A stretch of DNA of 61,446 bases, counting the filler. It is 5 parts of 5 records of this genome, joined end to end, with 100 filler letters (N's around TTAATTAATTAA, not from the genome) between each part and the next. Parts side by side here need not be neighbours in the genome. Positions count along the whole stretch, not along the records: positions 1 to 16,565 come from SRR31156797_949; positions 16,666 to 23,340 come from SRR31156797_951; 3 more parts are not named here. One strand, 5' to 3'. Positions 9,370 through 17,507 of the stretch are shown here, one piece after another. The first letter of the stretch is position 1. Every line of letters begins with the position of its first letter. Both the position numbers and the translations under genes were made by a program. Below the pieces are notes generated by a model. It was not told the origin of the DNA, searched no databases, and was given only the letters and a program-made list of their open reading frames with translations.

Positions 9370-10464
9370 ATGAAAAATGAAAACATCAGTCGATTTGTTC
9401 TGATCCTGCTGGTCTTAGCCATCTCAGCGCTTTTTCTATCCATGATCCAGGATTTTCTCATGGCCCTTTTCCTGGCTGCCCTTTTTTCCGCCCTGGTGCA
9501 TCCCCTTTACAAACGATTTGAAGGCTGGTTCGGCGGACGGCGGGGCCTGGCATCCATAACAACCCTGTTGCTCATGGTCATCGTGGTGCTGATACCGCTG
9601 GTGGGTCTTCTAGGCATCATAACCGGACAGGCCATCAAGGTGGGAGAATCGGTCACCCCATGGATTCAGCATCAGATGGCGCAACCCGGGGCATTGTCCG
9701 GACTCCTTGAAAAAATTCCATTTTATGACCATATTGCCCCATACCGTGAGGTCATTTTCCAGAAAGCAGGCGCACTGGTGGGCACGGTGAGCAAGTTTTT
9801 CATCGACAGCCTCTCCGCCTTTACCATGGGCACGGTCAGTTTTTTGTTCATGTTTTTCATTTTTCTGTACACCATGTTTTTTTTCCTCATGGACGGAGAG
9901 AAGCTGCTGGAGAAAATCCTCTATTACCTGCCCCTTGAAGACCGCGAAGAGCAGAGGATGCTGAAAAGATTCACGTCGGTGACACGGGCCACACTCAAAG
10001 GGACCGCGGTGATCGGTATTTTGCAGGGCGCTCTGGCCGGAATGGCCCTTTGGGTGGTGGGAATTCCAAGCGCTGTTTTCTGGGGCGCCATCATGGCGGT
10101 GTTGTCCATTATTCCGGGGATCGGCAGCGCCCTGGTTTGGGGACCCGTTGCCATTGTATTGATTGCCGGTGGCAACTATGGCAAGGGTATCGGGCTGATC
10201 GTCTTCTGCGGTGTGATCGTGGGGGGCATCGATAATTTCCTGAGACCTCGATTGGTGGGCAAGGACACCCAGATGCATGATGTACTGATCCTTCTGGGGA
10301 CGTTGGGGGGGATTGCCATGTTCGGATTCATCGGTTTCATCATCGGCCCCATCATCGCAGGGCTTTTCTTGACCGTTTGGGAAATTTACGGGGAGGCCTT
10401 CAGCGGCATGCTGCCGGGTGGGATAGCAAAAGAACAAAACCCTGCCCCCGAAAACGACCGTTGA
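9370..10464 (+). CDS. AI-2E family transporter
   Basis: Multiple TM helices with FFFLMDG, IPGIGSALVWGP, DNFLRPRLVG and GFIIGP motifs. Confidence 0.9.
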   Translation: MKNENISRFVLILLVLAISALFLSMIQDFLMALFLAALFSALVHPLYKRFEGWFGGRRGLASITTLLLMVIVVLIPLVGLLGIITGQAIKVGESVTPWIQHQMAQPGALSGLLEKIPFYDHIAPYREVIFQKAGALVGTVSKFFIDSLSAFTMGTVSFLFMFFIFLYTMFFFLMDGEKLLEKILYYLPLEDREEQRMLKRFTSVTRATLKGTAVIGILQGALAGMALWVVGIPSAVFWGAIMAVLSIIPGIGSALVWGPVAIVLIAGGNYGKGIGLIVFCGVIVGGIDNFLRPRLVGKDTQMHDVLILLGTLGGIAMFGFIGFIIGPIIAGLFLTVWEIYGEAFSGMLPGGIAKEQNPAPENDR

Positions 10465-10510
10465 AAAGATATTTTACAGGGTGCAGGGGGCAGGATAAAG
10501 CTGTAAAGAT

Positions 10511-11434
10511 TTATAAAAATAACGGTGTACTCAGATATCGCTCTCCCGTGCTGGGGAGGATTGCGACAATGGTTTTGCCTTCATTTCCGGGTTTTTCGGC
10601 TGTTCTAAGGGCCGCCCACACTGCGGCGCCTGACGAAATTCCGCATAAAATACCTTCCATTGACGCCATATGTCGGGCCGTCTCAAAGGCCTGGTCGTTG
10701 GTCACCGTGATAATTTCATCGATGATGTCCCTATTGAGCACCCGGGGAACAAATCCCGCCCCGATTCCCTGAATTTTGTGGGGGCCCGGGTCTCCACCGG
10801 AGAGGACCGGCGAATCGGCAGGTTCAACGGCGATGGATTTAAATTCAGGCTTTCGGGCCTTAATCACTTCGGAAACACCCGTAATGGTGCCCCCGGTGCC
10901 CACACCCGCAACCAGAAAATCCACGCCCCCTTCCGTATCCGACCATATCTCTTCAGCCGTTGTTTTCCGGTGGATCTCAGGGTTGGCCGGATTGGAAAAC
11001 TGGTCGGGCATATGGGCATGGGGATGATCCGAAACGATCTCCATGGCCTTGTTAACGGCCCCCTTCATCCCTTCACCGCCCGGTGTCAGGACCAGTTCGG
11101 CCCCCAGGTGCTGTAAGAGCTTCCGCCTTTCCAAACTCATGGTCTCCGGCATGGTGAGGGTCAGCCTGTATTTTTTTTCAGCGCAGACGAACGCCAGACC
11201 GATGCCCGTATTGCCGCTGGTCGGTTCCACAATCACCGTATCTTCGTTGATCAACCCTTCCTTTTCGGCAGCTTCGACCATGGAAAGGGCGATACGGTCT
11301 TTGACACTGCCCAAAGGGTTCCTGAATTCCAATTTCACAAGGATTGTGGCCGGCAACCTTCGGGAAAGAGCATCCAGTCTGACCAGAGGGGTACATCCGA
11401 TGGTATCGGACACGTGCGAAAAGATTCTTTTCAT
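10511..11434 (-). CDS. cysK: Cysteine synthase A
   Basis: [16 protein letters not shown] (PLP lysine), [25 protein letters not shown] and GERYLST. Confidence 0.95.
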   Translation of the reverse strand: MKRIFSHVSDTIGCTPLVRLDALSRRLPATILVKLEFRNPLGSVKDRIALSMVEAAEKEGLINEDTVIVEPTSGNTGIGLAFVCAEKKYRLTLTMPETMSLERRKLLQHLGAELVLTPGGEGMKGAVNKAMEIVSDHPHAHMPDQFSNPANPEIHRKTTAEEIWSDTEGGVDFLVAGVGTGGTITGVSEVIKARKPEFKSIAVEPADSPVLSGGDPGPHKIQGIGAGFVPRVLNRDIIDEIITVTNDQAFETARHMASMEGILCGISSGAAVWAALRTAEKPGNEGKTIVAILPSTGERYLSTPLFL

Positions 11435-11461
11435 TTGAGCCCCCTTTATGTCTCCAAGGAT

Positions 11462-12418
11462 TCAGTGTTTCCGTTCCTTAAAAATCAGTTCGGGTTTTTT
11501 GGCGAAAACCAACGTATCGGGAGGGACCGACTCCGTAAGCCACACATTGCCGCCGATGACCGAACGGGCGCCGATGACCGTATCCCCACCCAGGATGGTG
11601 CTGCCGGCGTAGATAACCACATCGTCTTCAAGGGTCGGGTGGCGCTTGCGGCTTGAGAGCTGTTGCACCCCTTCCCTGGGGATGGACATGGCCCCCAGTG
11701 TGACCCCCTGGTAAAGCCGCACATGATCGCCGATCTCGGATGTTTCTCCCACCACCACACCCGTGCCGTGGTCAATGAAAAAGCTCTCCCCGATATGGGC
11801 TCCGGGATGAATGTCGATGCCCGTGCGGCTGTGGGCGTATTCGGTCATGATGCGGGGGATCAGGGGAATACCCTGTTCAAAAAGCTGGTGGGCCATCCGG
11901 TAGACCGTCATGGCGTAAAGCCCCGGATAGCTGAATATGATCTCATCATAACTCGCGGCCGCCGGGTCCCCTTCCCGCGCGGCGCGAATATCTTTGGCCA
12001 GCAGGCTTCGAATCTGAGGCATCCGTTTGCCGAAATGGACGGCCGCCTCTTCGCCCCGCTCCTGGCAGAGGCTGCAGGGCTGTTCATAGCGAATGCAGTC
12101 GTGACGAACGGCCAGGGTGATCTGCTGGGAGAGGATCTCAAAAAATTCGGTGATTTCCTGGCCGAAATAGTAGCTTAAGTTTACCTCATCCACCCGCTTC
12201 TGAATGAAATAACCCGGATAGAAAATACGAAAGGCCCGGTAAAGAAGATCAACGATGGCTTCCCTGGAAGAAATGGGTTCCAATCCGATGTGATCGAAAC
12301 AATCCCCGCGGCTGCAGGACAACACCAGTTCATCCACAATGCCGGGAATCTCACTCCGGAATTTTCGGGAGGTTTTTCTCTCCATGTCACATTGTTTTTC
12401 TTTCAGTTCAGCGTCCAT
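11462..12418 (-). CDS. cysE: Serine O-acetyltransferase
   Basis: GDPAA, YPG, TGIDIHPGA, FFIDHGTGVVVGET, YQGVTLG and KRHPT hexapeptide domain. Confidence 0.93.
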   Translation of the reverse strand: MDAELKEKQCDMERKTSRKFRSEIPGIVDELVLSCSRGDCFDHIGLEPISSREAIVDLLYRAFRIFYPGYFIQKRVDEVNLSYYFGQEITEFFEILSQQITLAVRHDCIRYEQPCSLCQERGEEAAVHFGKRMPQIRSLLAKDIRAAREGDPAAASYDEIIFSYPGLYAMTVYRMAHQLFEQGIPLIPRIMTEYAHSRTGIDIHPGAHIGESFFIDHGTGVVVGETSEIGDHVRLYQGVTLGAMSIPREGVQQLSSRKRHPTLEDDVVIYAGSTILGGDTVIGARSVIGGNVWLTESVPPDTLVFAKKPELIFKERKH

Positions 12419-12433
12419 AGACCTTACACCTTT

Positions 12434-13627
12434 TCAAAAAGGCATCTTATCAGCGCCGCAGCTCTTGGCTTTTTCCTCCCAGAAGGGCGACATTTTCCTT
12501 AGTTTTTCAATGATGGGGGGCATGGTCTCCACCACAAAATCGATTTCTTCCGCCGTGTTATAAATACTCAAACTGAAACGGATGGAACCGTGGGCCATGG
12601 TAAAGGGGACCCCCATGGCGCGAAGCACGTGGGAAGGCTGCAGGGATCCTGATGTGCAGGCGGAGCCCGAAGAAGCGCAGATACCGTAACCATCCATTTG
12701 AAGCAGAATGGCTTCCCCCTCAATAAATCCGAAACTGATATTGCTGGTATTGGGCAGGCGTTCGGATTGTCCCCCGTTGACCTGCGTCTTGGGAACCCTG
12801 CTGAGGATTTCCCGCTCCAATTTGTCCCGAAGATCCTTCACCCGCGTATTTTCATCTTCCATGTGCGCCAATGCCAGCCGGCAGGCTTTTCCCAGGCCGA
12901 TAAGACCGGCGGTGTTCTCCGTACCGCCCCGCCGCCCCATCTCCTGGTGACCGCCGATGATGAAAGGGGAAAAAGGAACCCCCTTTTTGATATAGAGGAT
13001 CCCAACCCCCTTGGGGGCATGGAGCTTATGTCCGGAAAGGGATAACATATCGATGTTGCTGCTTTTCATATTGATGGGAATTTTCCCCGCAACCTGAACC
13101 CCGTCTGAATGGAACAGGACACCGCGCTCTTTGGCAAGTATAGCAGCTTCCTCCACCGGGAAAATAACACCGGTTTCGTTGTTCCCCCACATGATGCTGG
13201 CAATGGCCGTATCCGTTGTGAGGCTCTCTTCATAAGCCGCCATATCCAGGTTTCCTTCGTTATCAACCGGAATTTCCGAGACCCGGTATCCGTTATCGGC
13301 CAGATATTCACAAAAGGATTTAACGGCCGGATGCTCCACGCGGCTGGTGACGATATGGCGTTTATGGGGGTTCAACTGGAGAGCGGACCGTATGGCGGCG
13401 TTGTCACTCTCCGAACCGCAACTGGTGAACAGGATTTCTTCCGCATCAACCCCCAGGAGTTCGGCGGCACTTTCACGGGCTTCACGGATCTTTTTACCGA
13501 CCTGTCCTCCGAAGGTATGGGCGCTGGAAGGGTTGCCGTATAATTCACGAAAATACGGCGCCATTTCTTCCAGCACTTCGGGGGCCACCTGGGTGGTGGC
13601 ATTGTTGTCGAGATAAATCGTTTTCAT
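12434..13627 (-). CDS. nifS: Cysteine desulfurase NifS
   Basis: YLDNNATT, GNPSS, SGHKLHAPKG, SSGSACTSGSLQPSHVL. The start overlaps the nifU stop (ATGA at 13624-13627). Confidence 0.93.
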   Translation of the reverse strand: MKTIYLDNNATTQVAPEVLEEMAPYFRELYGNPSSAHTFGGQVGKKIREARESAAELLGVDAEEILFTSCGSESDNAAIRSALQLNPHKRHIVTSRVEHPAVKSFCEYLADNGYRVSEIPVDNEGNLDMAAYEESLTTDTAIASIMWGNNETGVIFPVEEAAILAKERGVLFHSDGVQVAGKIPINMKSSNIDMLSLSGHKLHAPKGVGILYIKKGVPFSPFIIGGHQEMGRRGGTENTAGLIGLGKACRLALAHMEDENTRVKDLRDKLEREILSRVPKTQVNGGQSERLPNTSNISFGFIEGEAILLQMDGYGICASSGSACTSGSLQPSHVLRAMGVPFTMAHGSIRFSLSIYNTAEEIDFVVETMPPIIEKLRKMSPFWEEKAKSCGADKMPF

Positions 13628-14448
13628 GGGGTCACCTCCTCCACCACCAGATCCGGCCATACCATCTCTTGCAGTTTCACTTCCACAAAATTTTTAAGGG
13701 TCTGCTGGGAGGCCTTGCACACCGCGCAACTCCCCTGCATCTTGACCAGCACCCGGTTGCCGATGACGTCCACCAGTTCAATGTTGCCGCCGTCCTGTTT
13801 CAGGGAAGGGCTGATTTCCTTTTGAATGGTTTCTTCGATTTTCTTTATTTTCTGCATATTGGACAGTGGTGGCCGAACCGGGGCCGTATCCTCTCCCCTG
13901 ACCTTCCGGATGATGTCTTTAATGGCGTCATGGCAGTTTTCACAACCGCCCCCGGCTTTGGTGTAGTTGGTGACATCTTCAATGGTTGATAGATTGTTAT
14001 CCCTGACCGCCGCTTCGATTTCCATATCCGTAATACCGAAACATTCACAAACCACTTCCCCTTCTTTTTCCGCTATGGCTTCCCCTTTGTAATGGGCAAT
14101 GGCCTCGGTCAGTGCCTGTTGGCCCAGAACGGAACAATGCATTTTTTCCTTGGGAAGCCCCCCCAGATAGTCCGAGATCTCCTCATTGGTGATTTTCTCC
14201 GCTTCTTCAACGGTTTTCCCCTTGATCATTTCAGTAAGGGCTGAAGAAGAAGCAATTGCGCTGGCGCACCCGAAGGTTTTAAATCTTGCGTCAACGATCT
14301 TCCCCTCACCATCGGTTTTAAAGGTGAGTTTAAGTGCATCGCCGCAGGATATGGAACCGACCTCGGCAACACCATCCGCATCTTCCACCTCACCCACATT
14401 CCTTGGATTCAGAAAATGTTCCTTGACTTTATCGGTATATTCCCACAT
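13624..14448 (-). CDS. nifU: Fe-S cluster assembly scaffold NifU (three domains)
   Basis: IscU-like domain (SCGD, FGCASA, KMHCS), central CECF...GGGCENC and C-terminal DGGN...GSCAVC. Confidence 0.95.
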   Translation of the reverse strand: MWEYTDKVKEHFLNPRNVGEVEDADGVAEVGSISCGDALKLTFKTDGEGKIVDARFKTFGCASAIASSSALTEMIKGKTVEEAEKITNEEISDYLGGLPKEKMHCSVLGQQALTEAIAHYKGEAIAEKEGEVVCECFGITDMEIEAAVRDNNLSTIEDVTNYTKAGGGCENCHDAIKDIIRKVRGEDTAPVRPPLSNMQKIKKIEETIQKEISPSLKQDGGNIELVDVIGNRVLVKMQGSCAVCKASQQTLKNFVEVKLQEMVWPDLVVEEVTP

Positions 14449-14547
14449 GGGCCCCTCCTTGATTTTGGGAAACGTTTAAAGCAGCCGTCAGTTCCCGGCC
14501 GCGGTCAAAATGCCATCCGTTAAACTCAGCTGATCACCGGTGCTTCA

Positions 14548-14576
14548 GGTATAGCACGAAAAACCTCTCCGCTCAA
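14548..14576 (-). promoter_or_regulatory. Putative sigma70 promoter of nifU-nifS-cysE-cysK
   Basis: Minus strand TTGAGC-N17-TATACC with extended -10 TG. Confidence 0.45.
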
Positions 14577-14596
14577 TACCGAACTCTCGTGATATA

Positions 14597-15142
14597 TCAT
14601 GGTGTTTCCTCTCCCGAACCTTTCTCAAATTCCGAAAAAAACTCCTTCAAAAACCTGTCCTTTTTTTTCCAGTCCGAACCGAATCGATCATTGAAATAGG
14701 CGCCAAACTTCCCGAAAAGATTTTGCCAGCCTGTTTTGACCCCGTCCGCCACCATTTCTTCAAGAAACGGCTTCAGTACGGAAATTTTTTCTTTGGGAAT
14801 AAAAGAAACGGCTCCCAGTTTAATGGACTTTTTGAGGGCTTCGGGGGTCAGCGCGTGGGCTGTGAGCATAATGGTGGGAAATCCTTTTGCAACCGCCATT
14901 TTCAGAAGCTCAAAACCGCTGACCCCCATGATATCGAGCACCACCAGGTCATAGGTATAACTCAGCAGATATTGACGGGCCGTTTCAAAATTTTCCGCTT
15001 TATGGACAAGGCACATCTCAAGCTCTTCCGACACGATTTCCAGAATATCCGGTTCATCGTCAACCAGCAGGACCATTTTGTTTTCCAGTGGGCTTTTCGA
15101 AGACATTTTTCTTGTAACTCCTTTCATCGACAATCGCCCCAA
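14597..15142 (-). CDS. Response regulator (receiver domain with short C-terminal extension)
   Basis: VLLVDDEPD, VVLDIMG, MLTAHA and FIPK motifs. The exact start is uncertain. Confidence 0.85.
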   Translation of the reverse strand: MGRLSMKGVTRKMSSKSPLENKMVLLVDDEPDILEIVSEELEMCLVHKAENFETARQYLLSYTYDLVVLDIMGVSGFELLKMAVAKGFPTIMLTAHALTPEALKKSIKLGAVSFIPKEKISVLKPFLEEMVADGVKTGWQNLFGKFGAYFNDRFGSDWKKKDRFLKEFFSEFEKGSGEETP

Positions 15143-15180
15143 CAGGCACCGGCCCGAAGGGGGGTAGGGATATTTATTGC

Positions 15181-16257
15181 CTAAATTTCGTTCAATCCAA
15201 AGCAGAGTTTTCGAATCAAGTTCGCGGCAATCCTGTATGTTCGATCACCGGAGGGGGTGAATGATGGATCGGCTGATCTGGCATTGAATTCCGTAAGGTC
15301 CATGCCGATCAGGTTCACACCGCCGCATATACGTTCGTAAAGCAGTTGGGATATGCGATTGATCTGCTTCTCGTTCAAGCCCCGGCGATTTGTGAACCGT
15401 ACCCCATGAAGAGCGTTTCCGGCGCCCACATCCATGTCCACGGATACATACATGTGGGGGGTGTCGATCCGTTTGAGGATATTGCGAACTTTTGAAGGGC
15501 TGCCCATCAATTCCTTTTTGGTGATAAGGGTGGCGCCCTTTTTCTTTAAGCCTGAGTAAAGCCCGGAATACCGTTTGATGCGCGGGTCTTTGATCCTGAA
15601 TGAATGTTTGGGAGGATAATCGCCGATGCCGATGATGTAGAGGTTTTTCGGCTGGACAGTCCCCTCCGCCAAAAGATGGTGCAGAAAGGATGAGGCATTG
15701 TAGGAATCCGGACGGTTTTTTAAATAGGGATCGTTTGCATCATAGAGGGAGTGGGGATTGGTTTCCATATCATAGGCGATGGCATCCAAGGAAAGGGGCG
15801 CAGGGAGCGCATCGGTGTGGCTGTCCAGGACCACAAGGCTCACCGTTTCAGGGGAAGCAAGGGTTATCAGTTTCTTAAACACCCCGCCGGTCAATGAGTG
15901 GTCGACGGCCAGCATGCAGGGAATCCGGGGATATACCTTTTCAACCACATGTTCTCCGATCATCTCCGCAAAAGTTCGACACCCGTCATTATCGATAAAC
16001 GAAACAAAGCTATCCACATTGATGCTTTCTTTTTCCCCCGCAGGGGGAATGGGACGCAGCCAGTCCGGGACCGACAAAGACCCGATTTCCTCCCACCGGC
16101 CGTGGTCCACTTCGTTTCGAATGAACGCCATGACGGCAGCGTAGGGATCATCCTCCTTGGGTCCATAAGACATGGCAACCAGCTTTTCCCGAACCGACTC
16201 ATCCCTTTCATCACTGTCCAGGGGGCAACCGAAAAAAACAATCTTCCGATCATGCAT
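15181..16257 (-). CDS. Arginase/agmatinase (ureohydrolase) family protein
   Basis: VDHS, LDSHTD, YVSVDMDV and GMDLTEFN metal-site motifs. Confidence 0.8.
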   Translation of the reverse strand: MHDRKIVFFGCPLDSDERDESVREKLVAMSYGPKEDDPYAAVMAFIRNEVDHGRWEEIGSLSVPDWLRPIPPAGEKESINVDSFVSFIDNDGCRTFAEMIGEHVVEKVYPRIPCMLAVDHSLTGGVFKKLITLASPETVSLVVLDSHTDALPAPLSLDAIAYDMETNPHSLYDANDPYLKNRPDSYNASSFLHHLLAEGTVQPKNLYIIGIGDYPPKHSFRIKDPRIKRYSGLYSGLKKKGATLITKKELMGSPSKVRNILKRIDTPHMYVSVDMDVGAGNALHGVRFTNRRGLNEKQINRISQLLYERICGGVNLIGMDLTEFNARSADPSFTPSGDRTYRIAANLIRKLCFGLNEI

Positions 16258-16295
16258 ATTCTTTTACCACCGTGCTGTTTTCAATAACCATATAT

Positions 16296-16439
16296 GAGAC
16301 CTTTGAAAAAGGCGCCATTTTGGTCAAGAGCAAGGAGGGCGATCATTTCAACCGCAGGAATATACCGGGATATTTTGAGGATTGAAATTTGCGCCTGATA
16401 CAGGAATTAGGCAAAAGGGCGCGTTTTGTAAAGGTTATC
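16296..16439. mobile_element. MITE/REP-like palindromic element (about 144 bp)
   Basis: Imperfect terminal inverted repeats (ACCTTTGAAAAAGGCGCC ... GGCGCGTTTTGTAAAGGT), an inner palindrome (ATTTCAA..GGAATAT..ATATTTT..TTGAAAT), and no likely gene. Confidence 0.55.
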
Positions 16440-16535
16440 ATACCATAACCGAAGTACGAAACCAGAACAAGAGGTTATTTGACAGTCAATAAGGGCTTGA
16501 CAGCAGGTAAAGCGAAATATAAAAATATTGTTTTA

Positions 16536-16565
16536 GCCTGGGTGGCGGAATAGGTAGACGCAAGG
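16536..16565 (+). tRNA. tRNA-Leu, 5' fragment truncated at contig end
   Basis: GCCTGGGTGGCGGAATAGGTAGACGCAAGG is an acceptor strand plus a Leu-type D arm. TTGACA lies upstream at 16497. The anticodon is not in the sequence. Confidence 0.8.
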
Positions 16566-16665
16566 NNNNNNNNNNNNNNNNNNNNNNNNNNNNNNNNNNN
16601 NNNNNNNNNTTAATTAATTAANNNNNNNNNNNNNNNNNNNNNNNNNNNNNNNNNNNNNNNNNNNN
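16566..16665. other. Artificial contig linker
   Basis: N run, TTAATTAATTAA (stops in all six frames), N run. Confidence 0.98.
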
Positions 16666-16784
16666 TGTCTTAAAAACCTCATGTTTTCAATTTTTCTTTT
16701 TCGGACAGCTTCCCAGAATATTTTTTCAGACTCCGTTTGATTTTTCCTGAGGTTACGAACTGCTTTTTTCACTAAATCATTCAT
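16666..16784 (-). CDS. DUF559 (Vsr-like endonuclease domain) protein, 3'-truncated; absent from the ORF track
   Basis: Manual translation gives MNDLVKKAVRNLRKNQTESEKIFWEAVRKRKIENMRFLR, matching the DUF559 N-terminus (LRKxxTxxExxxW...FxRQ). Confidence 0.8.
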
Positions 16785-16797
16785 AATAAATTCTCAA

Positions 16798-16891
16798 AAC
16801 CCATCCCTAGCTCCTCCCTTGGAAATGGAAGGTAAAATGAAACTTACTCCCCTTGCCCTTTTTAAAGGGAAAGGGGTCGGGGGATAGGGTT
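16798..16891. repeat. Pair of oppositely oriented C/G-rich palindromic repeats
   Basis: CCCCTTGCCCTTTTTAAAGGGAAAGGGG (16849-16876) with tail TCGGGGGATAGGGTT, and a degenerate inverted copy AACCCATCCCTAGCTCCTCCCTTGGAAATGGAAGG (16798-16832). Confidence 0.55.
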
Positions 16892-17498
16892 AGAATATAT
16901 CCGGATCACCTTTTCCTTCTCTGACAACTTCATATTCATCACCATCAAGTTTGATGATAGTGGTCAATTCAGGAAAGATATAACCACTTTCAACAACAAG
17001 ATCGACAAGTCCAAGCCAGCTTGGATCGTCTTCGTCAGGATCGTTAAAAACATCTCCATCCTCGTTTGACGCAGTTGAAACAACTAGTGGCGCTCCGTAG
17101 GCATTTATCAGCTCATTGATAAAAACACTTTCAGGAATCCTTATTCCGATCTCCTTCCGCTTCTGCAGCATTATTTTGGGAATATCTTTACTTGCTGAAA
17201 CTATGAATGTGTAAGGCCCCGGAAAGCATCTTTTTAACAAATTGAAGTGTCTGTTATCAATGTTCGTGTAGTTTGCAATCTCGCTTAGATCTCTAAAAAC
17301 AACTGAGTAATATTTTCTCTTTTTGTTCTGTTTGATCTTATTAAGTTTTTCAAGCGCGTTCTTTTTTCCAATTCCAATTGCAAGAAAATAGGCAGTGTCT
17401 CCCGGAAGAAGAACTACTCCTCCAGAATTAAGAACGTTTACAGCCTTATCAATTATTCTTTTCTGTGGATTTTCTAAATGAACCTCAATTCTTTCCAT
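16890..17498 (-). CDS. Sua5/YciO/YrdC family (L-threonylcarbamoyladenylate synthase-like) protein
   Basis: GGVVLLPGDTAY, PGPYTFI, IGIRIP, STASN, TTII and REGKG; YciO-like N-terminus (HLENPQKRII). Confidence 0.88.
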   Translation of the reverse strand: MERIEVHLENPQKRIIDKAVNVLNSGGVVLLPGDTAYFLAIGIGKKNALEKLNKIKQNKKRKYYSVVFRDLSEIANYTNIDNRHFNLLKRCFPGPYTFIVSASKDIPKIMLQKRKEIGIRIPESVFINELINAYGAPLVVSTASNEDGDVFNDPDEDDPSWLGLVDLVVESGYIFPELTTIIKLDGDEYEVVREGKGDPDIF

Positions 17499-17507
17499 AT
17501 TAACTCT

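Noticed and set aside
12434-14448. nifU/nifS as evidence of nitrogen fixation
   Set aside because: No nifHDK in the window, and NifUS commonly serves general Fe-S assembly.
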